Source: Lama guanicoe
Taxonomy: Eukaryota
Assembly: GCA_013239625.1 (NCBI GenBank)
Contig: MU053810.1
Location: 1,561,518-1,625,517 of the forward strand
Length of the DNA: 64,000 bases
Reading direction: 5' to 3'
In this document: positions 1 to 14,789 of the stretch, in pieces
How positions within the stretch are numbered: position 1 is the stretch's first letter
Layout: each line of letters opens with the position of its first letter
Made by a program: the position numbers and the translations under genes
Notes under the pieces: model-generated
Databases searched by the model: none
What the model saw: the letters and a program-made list of their open reading frames with translations, nothing else
What the model was told of the DNA's origin: nothing

Positions 1-883
1 AGAAGAAATACTCCTGGAATCAAACAACAGAATCAAAAAAAGATTTCAGGGTTTCCTGCTCTAGTGGTTGAGAACGTTGAACTGCAGATAAATACATACT
101 AAAAAGTTGCAAAGCTGTTGAATAATACAAATTAACCAATTAACATATTTGAGTCCCCTCTGGGACATCTGTGTTGGAAATTTTATAAATTAATGAGGTG
201 AAACAGCCATTTCTCAGCCGAGATGCAGTGGGACTTTAACAGTATAAAGCAGCATTGCCAGTGACCTGGGATACAGATTGGAGATGAAGGGATTGATTAT
301 GCCCAGAAATGAAGGACCATCTAGAGAAAACATTATTTTTAAAAAAGGAATGCCAGGGAGTTATATCTGTCAATAAAAGTCAACCCCAGTTCAGAGTTTT
401 TCGATGATAGTTAAATTTCATCAAATTAGCGTATGGGACATGGTTTTTCCAGGATGACAAGAGAATGTATTATCTAGTGACACTTTTAAGCTTCCATTTT
501 TCACTTGCTTGTGAGATTTTATCATTGTGAAATCTCACAAAAAGTTAGGTCTAAAAGGGCTGAAATTTTTCTCCTCTTTGTTTTTTTTTGTTTTTCCCCT
601 TTGGAACAATGGCACTTGACGTATGGGGAGGAGAAAACAATACAGCAGCTGAAAAAGATGTAATATTTATAGGTTCTACTAAAACATACTGTTGGGCAAA
701 ATGTGACAAATGTGGCATAAATGGCAGAAAATGTGGATGTTTTTCGCTCTGAGAAGAGAATTTTATTTTTCCAATTATAACTTTGAAAATCTAAAAGATG
801 CTTATTTGAACTTGGGATGCCAAGGCAGGGGGAGAATTATATTGATGTGGTTGACATTTTATGTGTTTTTTATACATATTTAT

Positions 884-933
884 ACACACACACAGACACA
901 CACACACACACACAGACACACACACACACACAC
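884..933. repeat. (CA)n microsatellite with GA interruptions
   Basis: Direct reading: acacacacagacacacacacacacacagacacacacacacacaca. Confidence 0.95.
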
Positions 934-3819
934 ATTCAAGCTGATCACTTGAATAAATTCAAATTTTTGCGGGCCCCTGCATGGAGGTAGCACAGTCAGA
1001 GCCACTCCCCCTGAAATTGCGAACTGTGACAGAAAGTTAATATTGGACTGTCCCAGTGAATGCAGATGCCAACTGGTGGCATTGTGTAGCTTTTGGAGCA
1101 GAGGAAGCTGTTTTGTGAACAGTAAGAAAATTATGGGCAGAGAATTTTGCTGGAGCCTGACTGGCCTCCCAGTTCTGGGTTCTAATCATTCCAGAAAACC
1201 AGCTGTATTCATGGCACACTACTGAATTTTTATTAGAAATTTATTTTTTTTAAAAAATTTCTCTAAAGCTAGCTCAAATGGGAGTCTTATTTGAAACTAA
1301 ATGATGCCTAACCCACGCTCATCCTTTTAAACATCTTTACAGAAGAAAGAAGAATGCCTTTTGTGACTATGAAAGTTGCAGAGAGCTTTATATTTCACTC
1401 ATGGAAATGCAGATAGCAACCCAGCCTGAGATTCTCTTTCATCTTCTTTTGTCCCTCCCACCCCCTCCACTCGAAACCTTTGGGTGCCACTATCACTTAC
1501 TGAGTTCCCATTATGTGCCCTGAAGTGTGTTTCACATAGGTCTCCTTATTTCATGTCAACCAAATATATATTTATATCTTTCATGAGATGAGATATATTT
1601 ATTCTCCAATCAAACCTTTTTTTTTTTTTGATTGTGTTTGTTTCCAGCTTTTGAAACTTAGAAAATGAACTCTGGTTTTACAATAGAGTTTCCACAGTGA
1701 AGAGTGGGGCACAAGAAAGCAGAAGGCCCTGGTGGTGTTTATCTTGAACTAAGAGGAAGATTTAATAACTAGCCACAGTTGTTATTTTGTAAAGATGGTA
1801 ATAATTTTGCAACCAGCCTCTAGTTTTTTCCAAAGGCTAGAGAAAGAATAAATGTACTTAAACTGAAATATTGGAAATGCTATTAAAAAGAAATGCTGTT
1901 GAGAAAAAAAGATTGTCCAGATGGTAAAAGCTGTTGAATATCACATGGTGTAGCATCTTACCACACCTTCTGCTGTGCCTCAAAAAATAGGATGTTTGCC
2001 TGCCGGTATTTTGTAATTGTTTTCTCTCATAATTCTGAGTACTATCTTCTGGAGTTTGCATTAAATGATTTCAAATGATTTAATAAATTTCTCTTAATGT
2101 TGAGCAAATTCTGTAACTTTTTATGTCCCATTGTACATGACTCATAACATTTTTCGTTAAACCTAATTGGATTCTCCAAAAATACTACAAAGAAAAGTCT
2201 AAACTTTTTTTTTTCAGATCCAGTTCAAAGTATATTATATAGTGACATTTTCAGTTGACTAAATAGTAATTAAAATACTTACAGGGGAAAAGGTCAAGTC
2301 AACCAGTGCTTATTTGTAATAACAAGGAGGTGCTTATTATGAGCAATGACATCTTCATTTCATTCAAAATCAGTATTTTGGCCATTAATTATAATCCCTC
2401 CACCTTAGAAAGGCCCCCTTTTCTACGCTCTTCCTTATAGATGATATAATGGCTTTGAGTCTGGCTTCTTTTCCATCTCTCTGTACTTCATAGTACAATT
2501 GCTAGAAATTGGGGTATCGCTGGAGAAGTAGAGGAGGAAGCAGCAATTAAAGGATGCGGTCCCCCCCACGATGATATATTTAGCCCTGAATAATCCAGGT
2601 GTAACCTTGCTTGGCTGCTGGCATACTTAATGGGACACTGTTCTTGCTTACAGATGTTTTGTAGCAATAGACTATTTTTTGATGTAAGCATGTATCTTTA
2701 CGCTGATGGCTGCTACATTTAAGCATTTCTTCTCTTCTGTACAATCTACTTTAAGTCTTAGAGAATATTCTCAACTTCTCATGCTAAGGAGTTCTCTGTC
2801 TTTGCCATCGTTCTCTCAGAAACGAAGCAGACACCAGAGACCTCCCTTCTCCCGTCTGCCAGGGTGAGAGTATTTTAATGGAGCAGCCATTATACAAGAT
2901 CCTATTTCACAGAGTGATTGAGTGCATACGCGCTGCCATATGCCACTGGCAGAGCTTTGCTGGTCAAGATGTATTAAGGCAAAAAAAATTGCTGTACTGT
3001 GTGAAATATTAGACCAAACAAAGCTCCCTGTGCTGCTGGGCTTTCTTCCTATTATTTACTGAATATTTCCCCTTCTACCTTGTACAGGACCAGTCATCTG
3101 AAGAAATTTTTGAAGTAGGATAAGTATTATCCTGTCCTTTCAGCCCTATTAAGTCCAATCAACCCATCCTAAGAAAATGAGTTATTTCAGGGACTTGTTT
3201 ACTTGGAAGAGCAGCTGGGTGATGTGTGTTTCTTTATGGAGGAGATAGACTTGTACTGTGCACTGTTCGCTGGAACAATCATTCGCCACATTTGATAGGA
3301 TGCAGCCTTTGTACCATTCAGATGGCTGGCTATTAACTCTACCACTTTTCTCTAAAAAAAATGAGGCCTGTGTTCAACTTTTGGGTAACTATTACGTGGA
3401 AGTAGCTACATAGTAAATATAGTAATGATCTGAAGGATTTTAGGTTATAATTATCAGATGATATCTATAATATTCTCATAAACCTGAAATCAGTTTGAAA
3501 TGCTTTCTCGTAGGTGTCACAGTTCTTTTTTTGCCCCTAGTTAAAATTGCTTTAGAGAGATTTTCTTGCAGCCTGGTTAGTAATAAATATTCTCTAGAGA
3601 AATAGAGAAATGATGGCGTAGTTCCACTGAGAAGCCATCACATCTCACTGGCAGATGTATTTTAGAGAGATGGAAATAAGGTCCAGAATAAGAATCTTTG
3701 TTTTGTCTCCAACTTCTGACATATAGTCTGACTTTAGATTATATATCAATTCACATGGCTGTGCCACATAATATGTATTTGAAATATGTATTTCTCTACT
3801 TGTTAAATTCTGTGTTTGG

Positions 3820-4450
3820 TAATTTTTCATGAAAAAAGTATTCAGCTTGTTGCACGTCACAGTGAACTTTGCTGTTGCCGGTCAGATACAGGGATCCGTG
3901 TGGTCTTGTTTGCCCCTTTGAGTGCTTCCTCTGGCGACCTACTAACTGTACTGAAAGGCTCATTGTTGAAGAGCCTGTCTTTCTGTCACTGTCCCATGTG
4001 GCCAACAAGAGAGTCTAATGAAACTATTGAAAAAATCCTGCTGCATTTGTAGCAGAGTGAAGTCATGCAGCCGTGCTGGGGATTAGGCATTATCCCCATT
4101 CTGTAAACCTTCAATTTGTTTGGAAGTGGATGCCATGTTGGCAACACTCACTGATGATCAGCCTTGCCAAGGCCATGCTGGCCTGGATTCAGTCCTCTTG
4201 GCCTTGGTCTTCTATTCTTCCCCATGCGGTCCTGATGGAACCGGGGATGGCTTTCAGCCTTGTGGTACTAGTGAAATCTTTGGCTGTGAGCAGTTTGTTA
4301 TGTGACCTGAATTGTCTTCAGGTTCTTCTGACCTGCCAAGGACCCCACAATCTTTCCGTATCATCTTGCCCGTGCTTCATAATTACACTCAGATGCTTAG
4401 AGTAAATTCAGTTGCCTCTAGATTTCAGTGAATTGACTGAGTCTTGTGGA
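3820..4450 (-). mobile_element. Possible ancient RTE-clade LINE fragment (start of the APE endonuclease)
   Basis: Frameshifted minus-strand pieces LATW..DRKT/AL..NE..YS..VA..AL..QTR..AEYFF resemble the RTE APE N-terminus (ATWNV..ERRTALVARELARY.IDIAALSETR..GYTFFW). Very degraded; boundaries approximate. Confidence 0.3.
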
Positions 4451-5055
4451 GTGAGAAAAGCCCACATCTCACCCCAAGAGACTACTCTCAGTTAATGTGA
4501 CAAAGCCTACAATTCACTCCAGTCAGATATGAAAGATGTGCATTATGCTGTACCCTGTTGAGTTGAAAAAGGTTTCCAGAGGACTGGAAATGTACTTTCA
4601 CACCAGCTCTCAAACCCCTTGTTAGAATTTTGAACACTACCACATAAAAGAATAATCATTCAAATTGGACCTAATATTGCATGCTGCTCAAATTCACTCC
4701 ACCCTTTGGTTAAGGATGAGAATGGCTCAGGCAGAATGCTTTCAGTGTTGAAAAGATGGTTAACATCATCATGAATTGGTTGTGGTATATTAGAGAAGCT
4801 TCTCAAGGCAGCTCAGCTGAATCCCCTGCCTCCAATTATTTTTCCTTCATTTAATTCTACGTACCACTTCCTGAGTGAGTTAACTTCTAAAATGTAGCTC
4901 TAGAAATGTGGGAGGAGGAGATGGAGGATCACTTCATAGCTTACAGAAACCCCTAGATTCATTAGCATTCAGTTATCTCATCACATTCCTCATGTTCCTC
5001 CCCAGCGTCAGCTTCTGCTGTGTCCCTCTGCTCTAGCCAAATTTAGTATCTTGTT

Positions 5056-5521
5056 TGCAGTAGGCAGAATAATACCTCTCCCAGGATGTCCACATTCTAT
5101 TCCCCTGAACCTGTGACAATGTTATGTCACATGGCGAAAAGTAAGTTTGCAGAAGGAATTAAGTTTGCTAATCAACTGCCTTAAAAATGGGAAGATTATC
5201 CTGGATTAATAGGATGTGCCCAGTGTAATTTCAAGGGTCCTTATAAGTGAGGGAGGCAGGAGAGTGAGAGTCAAGAGAGATTTGAAGATGCTCATGAGAC
5301 TGCTGGCTTTGAAGATGAGGGAGGGGGTCATGAGCCAAGGAATGAAAATGACATGACCTCCAGAAACTAGAAAGGGCAAAGAAATTCTCCCCCAGAGCCC
5401 CCAGAAGGAATGCAGCCCTGGGGGAGTCTTGATTCTTTTAGTCTTAGTGAGACCATTTTGAATTTCTAACTTCATACAACTTTATGGTAATTTGTTACAG
5501 CAGCAAAATGAAACTAATACA
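5056..5521 (+). mobile_element. MaLR solo LTR (MLT1C/D-like)
   Basis: Starts tg..gtaggcagaataat, contains gattatcctggatta and gctggctttgaagatg, ends tttgttacagcagcaaaatgaaactaataca; these are typical MLT1 LTR segments. Confidence 0.8.
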
Positions 5522-5524
5522 GTG

Positions 5525-5650
5525 TTGTATAGTGCAGTATTATGAAAACAGGTTCTGAGCCCAAACTACTAGGCTTGAATCCTGACCCTGGCACTAGCTC
5601 TGTGTCCCTGGGCAAGTTTCTTGAAGTTTTCTACAACTTGGCCTTCTTTC
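5525..5650 (+). mobile_element. MIR SINE fragment
   Basis: MIR core-like ggcttgaatcctgaccctggcactagctctgtgtccctgggcaagtt. Confidence 0.6.
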
Positions 5651-8600
5651 CCTACTTACTGAAGCCTTAGATAACTACGTATCTAGTTTCTCCAAAAACA
5701 TCTTGTGCTTTACTGCTACCATACTTTGCTAATGTTATGCCCAAAATTCTTCTTGGAAAACATGTTGTTAGCCTATTGAATCCTACACTAATGATCTCTC
5801 TTCCCTAAAAAGGTTCTGTGATCACATCAGGGTAATTTATGTCTCTCTCTCTTTTTTTTCTTGGTGCAATTCTACTGTTCTGCTTTTTATCAAGTTACAA
5901 TTTTTGCTGTAGTTAAGTGTTGTATTCACTTTATTATCACTCTTTATATTGGGGAAAAAAAAACTCCTTAAAAATGTGGATAGCTTTTGCTCACATTTGA
6001 ATTTTCCATCCCCAAGGGATCTAGAAAAGTACATTACTTATTAAAGATGTCCCTAAATCTTCGTGGAATCACTGAACTTAACTACTGATATGAGTCTTAT
6101 AAAATCAAGGGTCTAATAAGGTATTTTATGTTGGAGGCTGTATTACCCATTTTGATGACTAAATGAGATCATGCCCCTAGTAGGCACTTTAAAAGGTTAT
6201 AGGATGAAATGGTTAAATAAGCTTATTCAAGGACTTCCTGTGAAATGAATTTTTAAGTTCACAACTGGCAATTCACAATACATTTCATCATAAAATTAGC
6301 ACCCAAAGGCATCCTTGCAGGGTTCAAATACTCAACCTATTATTATCAGGGCCTAGAGAGAGGGTACAAATTGAGAGAGATGTGTTCCCTTTCCAGTTAC
6401 GCCTGCCCTCTACTGGTGCCCCATCTCCAATTTAATGAAGGGAAAATGGAGAAAATAAACAAGGGTCTCAAACCAAGCAAGTAGAAGATGACATTGCAGA
6501 ATGATTTTCTCTGTCTCAGGAGGAGTGATAGAATGCAGTGCCCTCAATTAAGAATGATATTGACATTATCTTGGACTTCAAACCCCATGACCAACCATTC
6601 TTAGCTCCACTTCTCCATTTATGGCTGGACATTTTCTCTATAAATTACGCTTGATTGTTTCAGTGGAAAATTGTAGTTGGGATCAGAAAAATTCTGTTAC
6701 TGTGTGGTAGTTAAATTAATGCTCTCAGTTTTGGAGAAAGAGAGAGCTTAATGTGGATTCCAGCTTTTTCCTTTGAGATTTTCGTGGCTTTGAGCCATGC
6801 ATTGACTCCCTAAGCTTCTCTTTTCTTTTGTAAAGCTGTTACTAATAAAAGAATCTACCTTAAAAATGATGGCTATTATTATCTCAGAAATTCTGCTTTC
6901 TATATCTTTTATATTTTTAAAGAATAAAGCACTGCAGAATAAAACACACATATATGTTGTGAAGCTGTCTAATGGACAGAATATATGCTCCTTTATCAAT
7001 TCTTGAAGAGCCTGAATTTGTGCAGGAGTATTCTACATGCCAAAATATGAATTCTTTGTGTGTTTGAAGGCTAGATGAAAATTTGACCTTTAATAGTCAA
7101 GTGGGAAACATTCTGATATGCAGAAATGAAAGAATTAACAGCTATTATGATATAATCATTTTCCAGTGCTTGTCAGAGCATAGGTATCTGAATATCTTCT
7201 GGGAGTACATGAGGTTAGATGCAAAGAAAAGCTAAAAGAATTAACAGGAACAGTAGGGGGTAAATCAGAGATGCACCTTTAACCTCAGTTGAAATGTGGT
7301 AAATGAGATTGACATTTCAGCGTACTGTTAGGGGGATAAAATAATAGGAATGGTGCTTATATTAGGATGTAAAAAGAATATTCATTTCTCAATATATCCT
7401 GGTTTCCTGTGTGACTATCTAAGAGAAAATGACAATTCAATTTGATAATGGAGACTTTTTTGTCAGTGGGTCTACATACACATTGAACTACTGAATAGAA
7501 ACTTGATAGTAGATATATTTTACTTTCTGCAGTTACGTAAAACTCATTACATGAAATGGTAGTTAGCGTGTGTGTGTATGTGTGTGTCCTGTTGGCCATA
7601 ACCTAATAATGTGATTTTAAAAACACTCACGGAGGCATAGAAAATGTATTGATCATTTTAACCATGTTCAATAGGCAGACACTTTATTACAGCCCAACTC
7701 TGGGGCACCTAAGTGAGTTACTGAAGGAGAAACTGCCGACTATAAACTGGTTGCTTCAATACTGACTACATATGAATGTAACCTGAATATATACTGAGTA
7801 TATGAACTTGAACCTTGGTTTGGTGGTTTTCAGCTAAACAGTCTTGACCTGCATCAGCACCTTGGCTTATAGACTAATTTATGTTCATAGTCACCTGAAT
7901 TCATTAAGAACAAAACCCATTGTTCTGTAACTAGTTCCTCTGAAAAATTTCTCTCAGAGCAATAATATTAGTGCTTGGTTTATATTAAATGCTCCATAAA
8001 TGTTTGTTGAATGAATGATTCTTTAATAAGACTTTCAATCTTTAGGGCAAAATAAGTCTTTGCTTGAGTATTGCTGCCATTTTAAAACAAGCTCTCTCCT
8101 GATTTCTCAGAACCTTACGCAATTCACGATGATAACTTCTCATAGTTTGGATTGAAGGTGTCAGTCTGCTGAATTTGCTGGTGCGTGATAATTTACCCTG
8201 CAAACAAATGCTTCAGAGGTCACAATTTACTGTAATAAAAAGTAAACTATGTTTGTTTTCTGCAAATTCAGAACTTAGCAAGTTTGGCTAATTTTAGTCA
8301 GTATGAGAGATGAGTGGTACTTTTCTTATTTCTGTTCTGTCTTTGACTAAAATCACACTCTAGGTTGCTCTTAGGACTTTAAGTAACACCTGCCTTATCA
8401 TCACATCTCTGCCAAGGATTGTGGACTAGTTTGCTTGGTACTCTCTTTGATGTCAGATTCTGATTCAAATGGAAGTATTTCCAAGTTACAAATGGACATA
8501 TCAAAACACTTGAGTGTCCAGAAGATCTCTCTTGGCCTCCTTGGGTTCTTAACAGCAGCTGTTGTTTGGACTATAAAGTGAGTTATTTATTAAGTCAGTC

Positions 8601-9395
8601 TTTGCACCAGCTGACTGGCTGCTAATTTCCCAGGAAATGACACTGATTTTTTTATGACCCTCACATAAGTAATGCCAGTCAACCACCTAAATTCACTCAA
8701 CATTAATTGAATAAATACAGCGTGGATTCTCCCATAGGATCTCAAAACCAAACCAAAAGTTGTTCAGCTAAAATTAAACCATCCTTGGCTGTATGGAACT
8801 AATAGGAGATGAAATGCAGGAAGTTCTGTTTAGCAGTCAAAGCCCCCAGACAATTCCATACTTAATTAGAGCATTGCTTACATGTTTGGTTCAGAGAATA
8901 TACAGGGAAATGTTGTATATATGACTTTTGTTATTATTGCTCAGGTTGAAAGGAACTGCTTTGGTGTGTACCTACTAGAAAAGCAGCAATCTTAGAAATA
9001 TATTGAGCAGTAGGTAAATTCAGTAAATTGACTAGTTGTCCCTTTCTTCAGGTTTTCCAGGAACAGAAAAAGACTGAGACATAGGGGCAAATTTTAAATA
9101 GGTTAACTTGATCTTGTCTAGTTTGATGGTTGTGAGCCAAAGGACTTTTTTGGTTTTATTTTTGTTTTTAATCTTGTATCTTTATACCTGTTTTTACATG
9201 TATAACTCAGAATTCTGTAGTTTCTGTACATTTTTTTAAAATCAAGAATCCAGATGTTATAGTCATCATTTTTAGACGTTGTTTACTTGTTAATTTTGTA
9301 GTGTAAATTTCCTAGAGTATTTGAGAAAGAGTAGGTGATTTTAATAGGAGTTCTGCATAAGAAACTATGTCAATGTGATATGTGTGTGTATATGA

Positions 9396-10330
9396 TTCAA
9401 CACATATTTATTGAGGATCTATTATATGTCAGGCACATAGTACCAGGCATTTAGTATCCAGCAGTGGAATAGACAATCAAGTTCCTGCTTTATGAAGCTT
9501 ATGTTCTAGTGGGAGATAGAGGTGAACAAGCATAAAAGTAAACCAGATATTATCAAATTGTTAAAATGCTCTGAAGGAAACCAACAGGGTTAGGTGTCAG
9601 AGCTGTTATGGGGGAAATTTCCATTAGTAAAGGTGGTTAGGGAAGGTTCCCCCTAGGGGAGAACATTAGAGCCCAAACCTGACAGCAGGAAAGATCCGGC
9701 TGGAACTAGGAGAAGAGGACCCTAGACTCAAAGCAACTGCAGGAACAGGCCCAAGGCAGGAAGAGGCTTCTGCATCCCAAACTGAATTGTCACAGGGGCT
9801 TACAGAAGGAGAATGGTCTTAGCGGATATCAGTCAGTGATCAGCTCACTCAGGAGCTTGGAGGCCAATGGGAAGCCACTGAAGAATGTCAAGGAAGTGAG
9901 ACAATAACAGGATCAGATTCACAGTTTTAAATATTTAGGCTGAGGGGTAGGGAATGAGTTTTAGGGAGAACGCAGTGAGAACAGAGTGACCACTGAGACT
10001 TGTGGAAGCTCAGGCCTGGGCGGTGGTGATTTGGCAGGACTGTGGGGTGGGGAGGGGGCGGAGGGGAGGCATCTGAGATTGTGTATTAGGGTAGAGGCAG
10101 TAGAACTTGCTGCAATATTCAGTGTGTGTGCTGATGAGTGTGTGTGCATGTGTGAGCGTGAGCGTGCCTGCACCCTGGAGAGTTAATGGTGAGGGGTGTG
10201 TAGGGAAATGGAGGATGGGGCAGCAGGAAAATCAATGATAATTTCTATTTTTTTTGGCTTGAATAATAAGACAGAAGAACAGGTCTATCAAAAATACCAA
10301 TCTTGTTTACAATTTGGAAAAAAGTTCACA
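9396..10330 (-). mobile_element. L2 LINE 3' fragment
   Basis: Begins with the reverse L2 3' terminus (ttcaacacatatttattgagg..tatatgtcaggcac), followed by typical L2 purine-rich body sequence. Confidence 0.7.
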
Positions 10331-10536
10331 CTTAGAGCAGGTCGAAAAGTGTTAGCATTAAAATGGATTCTTCTAGATTTAGTTTAAAATGAGAAGATTG
10401 GAATGGGAAAGATATTTCAAATTTAAGTTTCAGAGCTATCAATCTTATACCATTCCTTGAACACTAAAATTATTTTTCTTTTTTTAAAATACTTTTATTG
10501 CGATGTAATTCCTGTATAGTAACTACAGGTATTTCA

Positions 10537-10611
10537 GATGATAACATTATTTTTCTTAAAGGAGTTTATAATTTTGATGATAACATTATTTTTCTTAAAG
10601 GAGTTTATAAT
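10537..10611. repeat. Perfect 36-bp direct repeat with 3-nt spacer
   Basis: gatgataacattatttttcttaaaggagtttataat at 10537-10572 and 10576-10611. Confidence 0.95.
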
Positions 10612-11941
10612 CATCATATTCTAAATGATCTCTAGGAATGATTTAAAATTTGTTATAAATCATCCTTGACGTAGAATGGAAAAAAAGCCGACTGTTTCTT
10701 CTCTTTTAAATATGACAGCAAATATTCCGTCTTGGTAATAAAATGATTTTCTTCCAAGCCTCGGTCTTTTAATTTCAAAGAGTCCAGACAAGAAAGTGAC
10801 AGTTGATAACTTTAGAAAGCGTGGGAGGGGTGAGGGAAGCGTGCATTTAAATCATGTTAAAAGCTTGACTTGAGTCCTTAGAAGTTTAGTGATTTATAGC
10901 AAATGATATACATCCAGCTGAATCTGATGAAGAATGGACTGGATAAGGAGACATTGGGACAGGCAGCGACTATGAGAATAATAATGTAAAAAGGCACAAC
11001 TGACTTATTTAAGCAAGATATATGGGCTTATCTTTTAAAGCAATTATTTGAAGGTAGTAAAAAGTAAGCCAAGCGTTGCATATTGACTGATTTTCTTCAT
11101 CAGCCCGTTTGACACTATTTCCTGAGGCCAAAATTTGGTGCATATTTATTTCTCCTCTATTATCTTTACTAACATTTTGAATGAAAATTTCCTCTAAGCC
11201 AATCTTTAGCAATAGGCAGCTGAAGTAATTGTAAATGCTCTTTGAGGCGAAAACCCAGAAGCAAGCATCTAGCATTAGTATGTCCATTCGGATGGTTCAC
11301 ATGATTTGCACTGCGTACAATGGAGTAATTTATTATTTACACCTGACCTTTGAATTTTGCTGACACACACGCGTTCTGTATGGTCTATATAGGAGGACTT
11401 CCTTAGAACAAAAACAGTATGGGCTTTAATTCAATTTTCACAATGTAACTTCATTTACTTGAATTTATTTTATATTTAATTTAAATAAATTAATTTAGAA
11501 TGACCAGAAAACTATTATCTGGGCATCCTCAGGTTTGACTGATTGATTGATTTCTCTAACTTAACGCGCTATTTAATACAGATTGCTCGCATAGTGAACA
11601 AGTAAACATAAATTTATATTCTTTATATTAAAAATGAATATAAGCTTGAAAAACATGTTTCTGTCATAACTTAAAGCATCAGAAAATTCTCAGGGTGCCG
11701 TTTGGTCTCCTTAAGGGATGGGTCACTTAAAGGATGCCTTCAGTGTCACTGCTGCTCTTCCATCCATATCCTTCCCCTTCCCTCAGGACACTCCTCCCAA
11801 AGCAGATGTGTGGCTTGTGTTATTGCTAAGAAATCTCTAACTAACAAGGCCAGATGGGGCTGTAAGTGGGCCTTCTCTGTGCTCATCTCCTGTGACTGCT
11901 TCTCATTCTGTCCTTCCTTGATTTCCCATCAAAGTGAACTA

Positions 11942-12181
11942 CAGATGACTTGGAAAACACAAGTTTGAACTGTGCAGGTCCACTTAGATGCGAGACCCCT
12001 TATCTGCAGATTTTTTTTTTTTCAGTAGCAAATACTTCAGTACTTACTACATGATCAGTGGTTGGCTGAATGCAGAACCCCAATATGGAGGAACCGTAGG
12101 TAGGGAGGGCCGACTATAAATTATACAAGGATTTTCCACTGAGCAGAGGATAGGGCCCCCTAATCCCACAAGGGTCAACTG
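11942..12181. mobile_element. Tigger2a/MER28-like TcMar MITE
   Basis: Flanked by TA. Termini cagatgactt... and ...aagggtcaactg form imperfect TIRs; internal gtttgaactgtgcaggtccactt is typical of Tigger2. Confidence 0.8.
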
Positions 12182-12889
12182 TACTTTCCCCCCAAATTAA
12201 CATTCTCTACCCTTTCCCCAGGAAATTTGTAGAGCCCACCCAACTCACAGCACACACCTTGCTTCTCCCGCCACTGGTACCCAGGGTTAGGGAGAGGAAA
12301 AAATGTGGAATGTGAAATCTAACAGACTCTGGTCTGAAGGCTGTCGTGAGGTTGAGTAAAGCAGTTAACTGTTTTAGTCCTATTTTCATTATTTGTAGAT
12401 GTCATTACAACACTTACAATATACAATTGTTTGGGAGATTAAATGAGATCAAATACGTAAAACACATTCACGATGCCTACTTTACACGGGGTGTGTACCT
12501 GGTGTACTCGTACGCCTGAGTGCAGCCTCAGAAAAATCGGTTCCCTTGCTCTTTTTAAAAACTGTTCCCATCTGTTTTCTCTTGATATACCGGAAATAAA
12601 AACTCCTTTGGCTCATCACAGCATTCATTTAATTTTTTAAAGATTCTTACAATTTTCTAACTGTTAGAATAATCATTGGGCATGCCATCTCTACTGCCTG
12701 GAAATTCCTTGAAATTATAAATGTCTTATTTGTTTCTGTAATCTCCACAGTACCAAAAAAAAAAATTAGAAAGCCCTTTTACATGAAAATGAGTATTTAC
12801 TGACTGGAAAGATAAGTGAATAAATGATAACCACTACTCTCAGGGAGACTCTACACACTTGAAGAAATCTTTCTAAAAAGAAAGCAAGC

Positions 12890-13060
12890 TATCTTATTAA
12901 TCATTTTTATATTGATTACATGTTAAAATGATAACATTTTGGGTATACTGGGACTAATAAAATATATTAAAAATAATTTACCACATTTCCTTTGCCTTTA
13001 AAAAATATATCTTTTAGAAAGTGTACAGTTGCATGTATGACTCCTATTTTATTTCTATTA
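12890..13060. mobile_element. MER33/MER3-like hAT-Charlie fragment
   Basis: tcatttttatattgattacatgttaaaatgataacattttgggtatactggg matches the remembered MER33 internal sequence. Confidence 0.65.
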
Positions 13061-14789
13061 TTTTACATCTGTATCTGTTTCTGTTCTGGAACCTCAGTGT
13101 CAGCATCGCTCCATGAAGATCTCAACTGTCCAACAAACCCACTGATTTGACGGTTTGCTCATTGCTGATTGGTGATAGACATTAGGTAGCTTGCTACCTA
13201 GATTTTTATGTAACTGGGTAGATGAACAAAAGTATGGATGAAAGGACAAAAAGATGGAATCAATGACAGCACAGATTGTATGTCTCATACTCACGTAAGC
13301 CCCTTATCCAGCACATTCTCTGTCAACTGAGTCCTTAACATGCATGTCCTACATACTAGAATTACCTAAAAATTTTGATTGGCATAGTCCTAGAGTACTG
13401 AACTACCTTAATTCTATAATGTCTGTCTGTGAGACGGAGGACTGAATACAACTGGGAAACAGAAGATTCTGGTGAAGGGAATTAGGAAATTCATTGGAGT
13501 GCATTGCCCCAAGTGCAGGAGGATGACTTGCTGGCCATTCTTAATAGGATTCACTGTTTCCATTGCGCATAGAATTAACTGATAGTTGTTGAACTGTATT
13601 TTTAAGTGATTAGGTTAAATTAGCCAATCAGCAGTTCCTAGGTCCCTTCTCTCTTAAAGCGCTTGGTGTATCCTCTATAAATTCTCAAAAACAAAATCAA
13701 TCAAACCAAAAATGTATTCTGCACGGCTCCTGCTTCTTGCCTGTGTTGTATGCCACTAAGCCTTCCGCGTTTGAATATATTTTTTAATTTTAAGTATCCT
13801 TCAGCAGTTCTCTTTTTGACTTTTCTGTCTTCTCTCATCAGTAATGAACAGTTTTCTGCTGTGGAAATGTCCCCTCTCTAATGAGGCCAAGTCACATTGC
13901 TGTGAAAGGGTAAAAGATTACATTCTCCCTCCTCTCCATCACGCTTGTTTGGAAGATAAATGGAGTGTGTAGGTCTCCTGGGTTATCTTTCAAACCCAGA
14001 ATTTTATTCTGAGAAAAATTTTAATAACATAACTGGCAGTAAGTACTAGGGGAAAGTGTACATTTGAAATACACCCAGAGTCCAAGGAAACTACAGTCGT
14101 GAATATGGTGACAAGAATTATAATAGGATCCTTAATGAAAGCAGCCCTTACAGTGCGTGTGCTACAAGAGTGAAATTCATGGTAATGGCAAGATTCTGTC
14201 TCACGTAGCACATTGAGGATATCTAGAGTGACATATGATTTCATTAGAGCTCATATTTTGGTCATAAGGTTATGCAATTACCCCATTTTGTAGTGCAGGT
14301 AGCAAAAACTTAAATAGTAGCAATTAAGAGATGGTACTGGGAACCTCTCTTTAATTAAAAAGTAATTTTAGATACCTTCTCTTTGGACACTTGTATCATT
14401 TGTAAAATGTCAGCATAAATGTCTCTCATTTCTTACAAGGCAACTGAATTGATGGAATTCAATAATTTGGAAATGTTAACATATCATGACAAATATATAT
14501 ATATATATATATATATATGCTTATTTGAGAACTGGGGCTTAAGGAATTTGCAAGCACACTTGCACAAATTTAGTTCTGTCTCTAATTCTAATCTTCAAAC
14601 TTGGATGGTGTGGAAATTAATTTTAGAGAAGATAGAGTACCCTGCTGATGTGTGTCACAATTTAAAAAGAATATTGAGCTCCTTAAGAACGTGAAGTATA
14701 GAAAGTTTAACACACACAAATAAGATTTGTGCATTTCATACCCAGAGGTAGCGTCTTTTAATATTTTCATGCACAAATCTCCAGACAGC

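Noticed and set aside
10537..10611. 36-bp repeats as a CRISPR-like array
   Set aside because: Only two copies with a 3-nt spacer, in a mammalian context with no cas genes.
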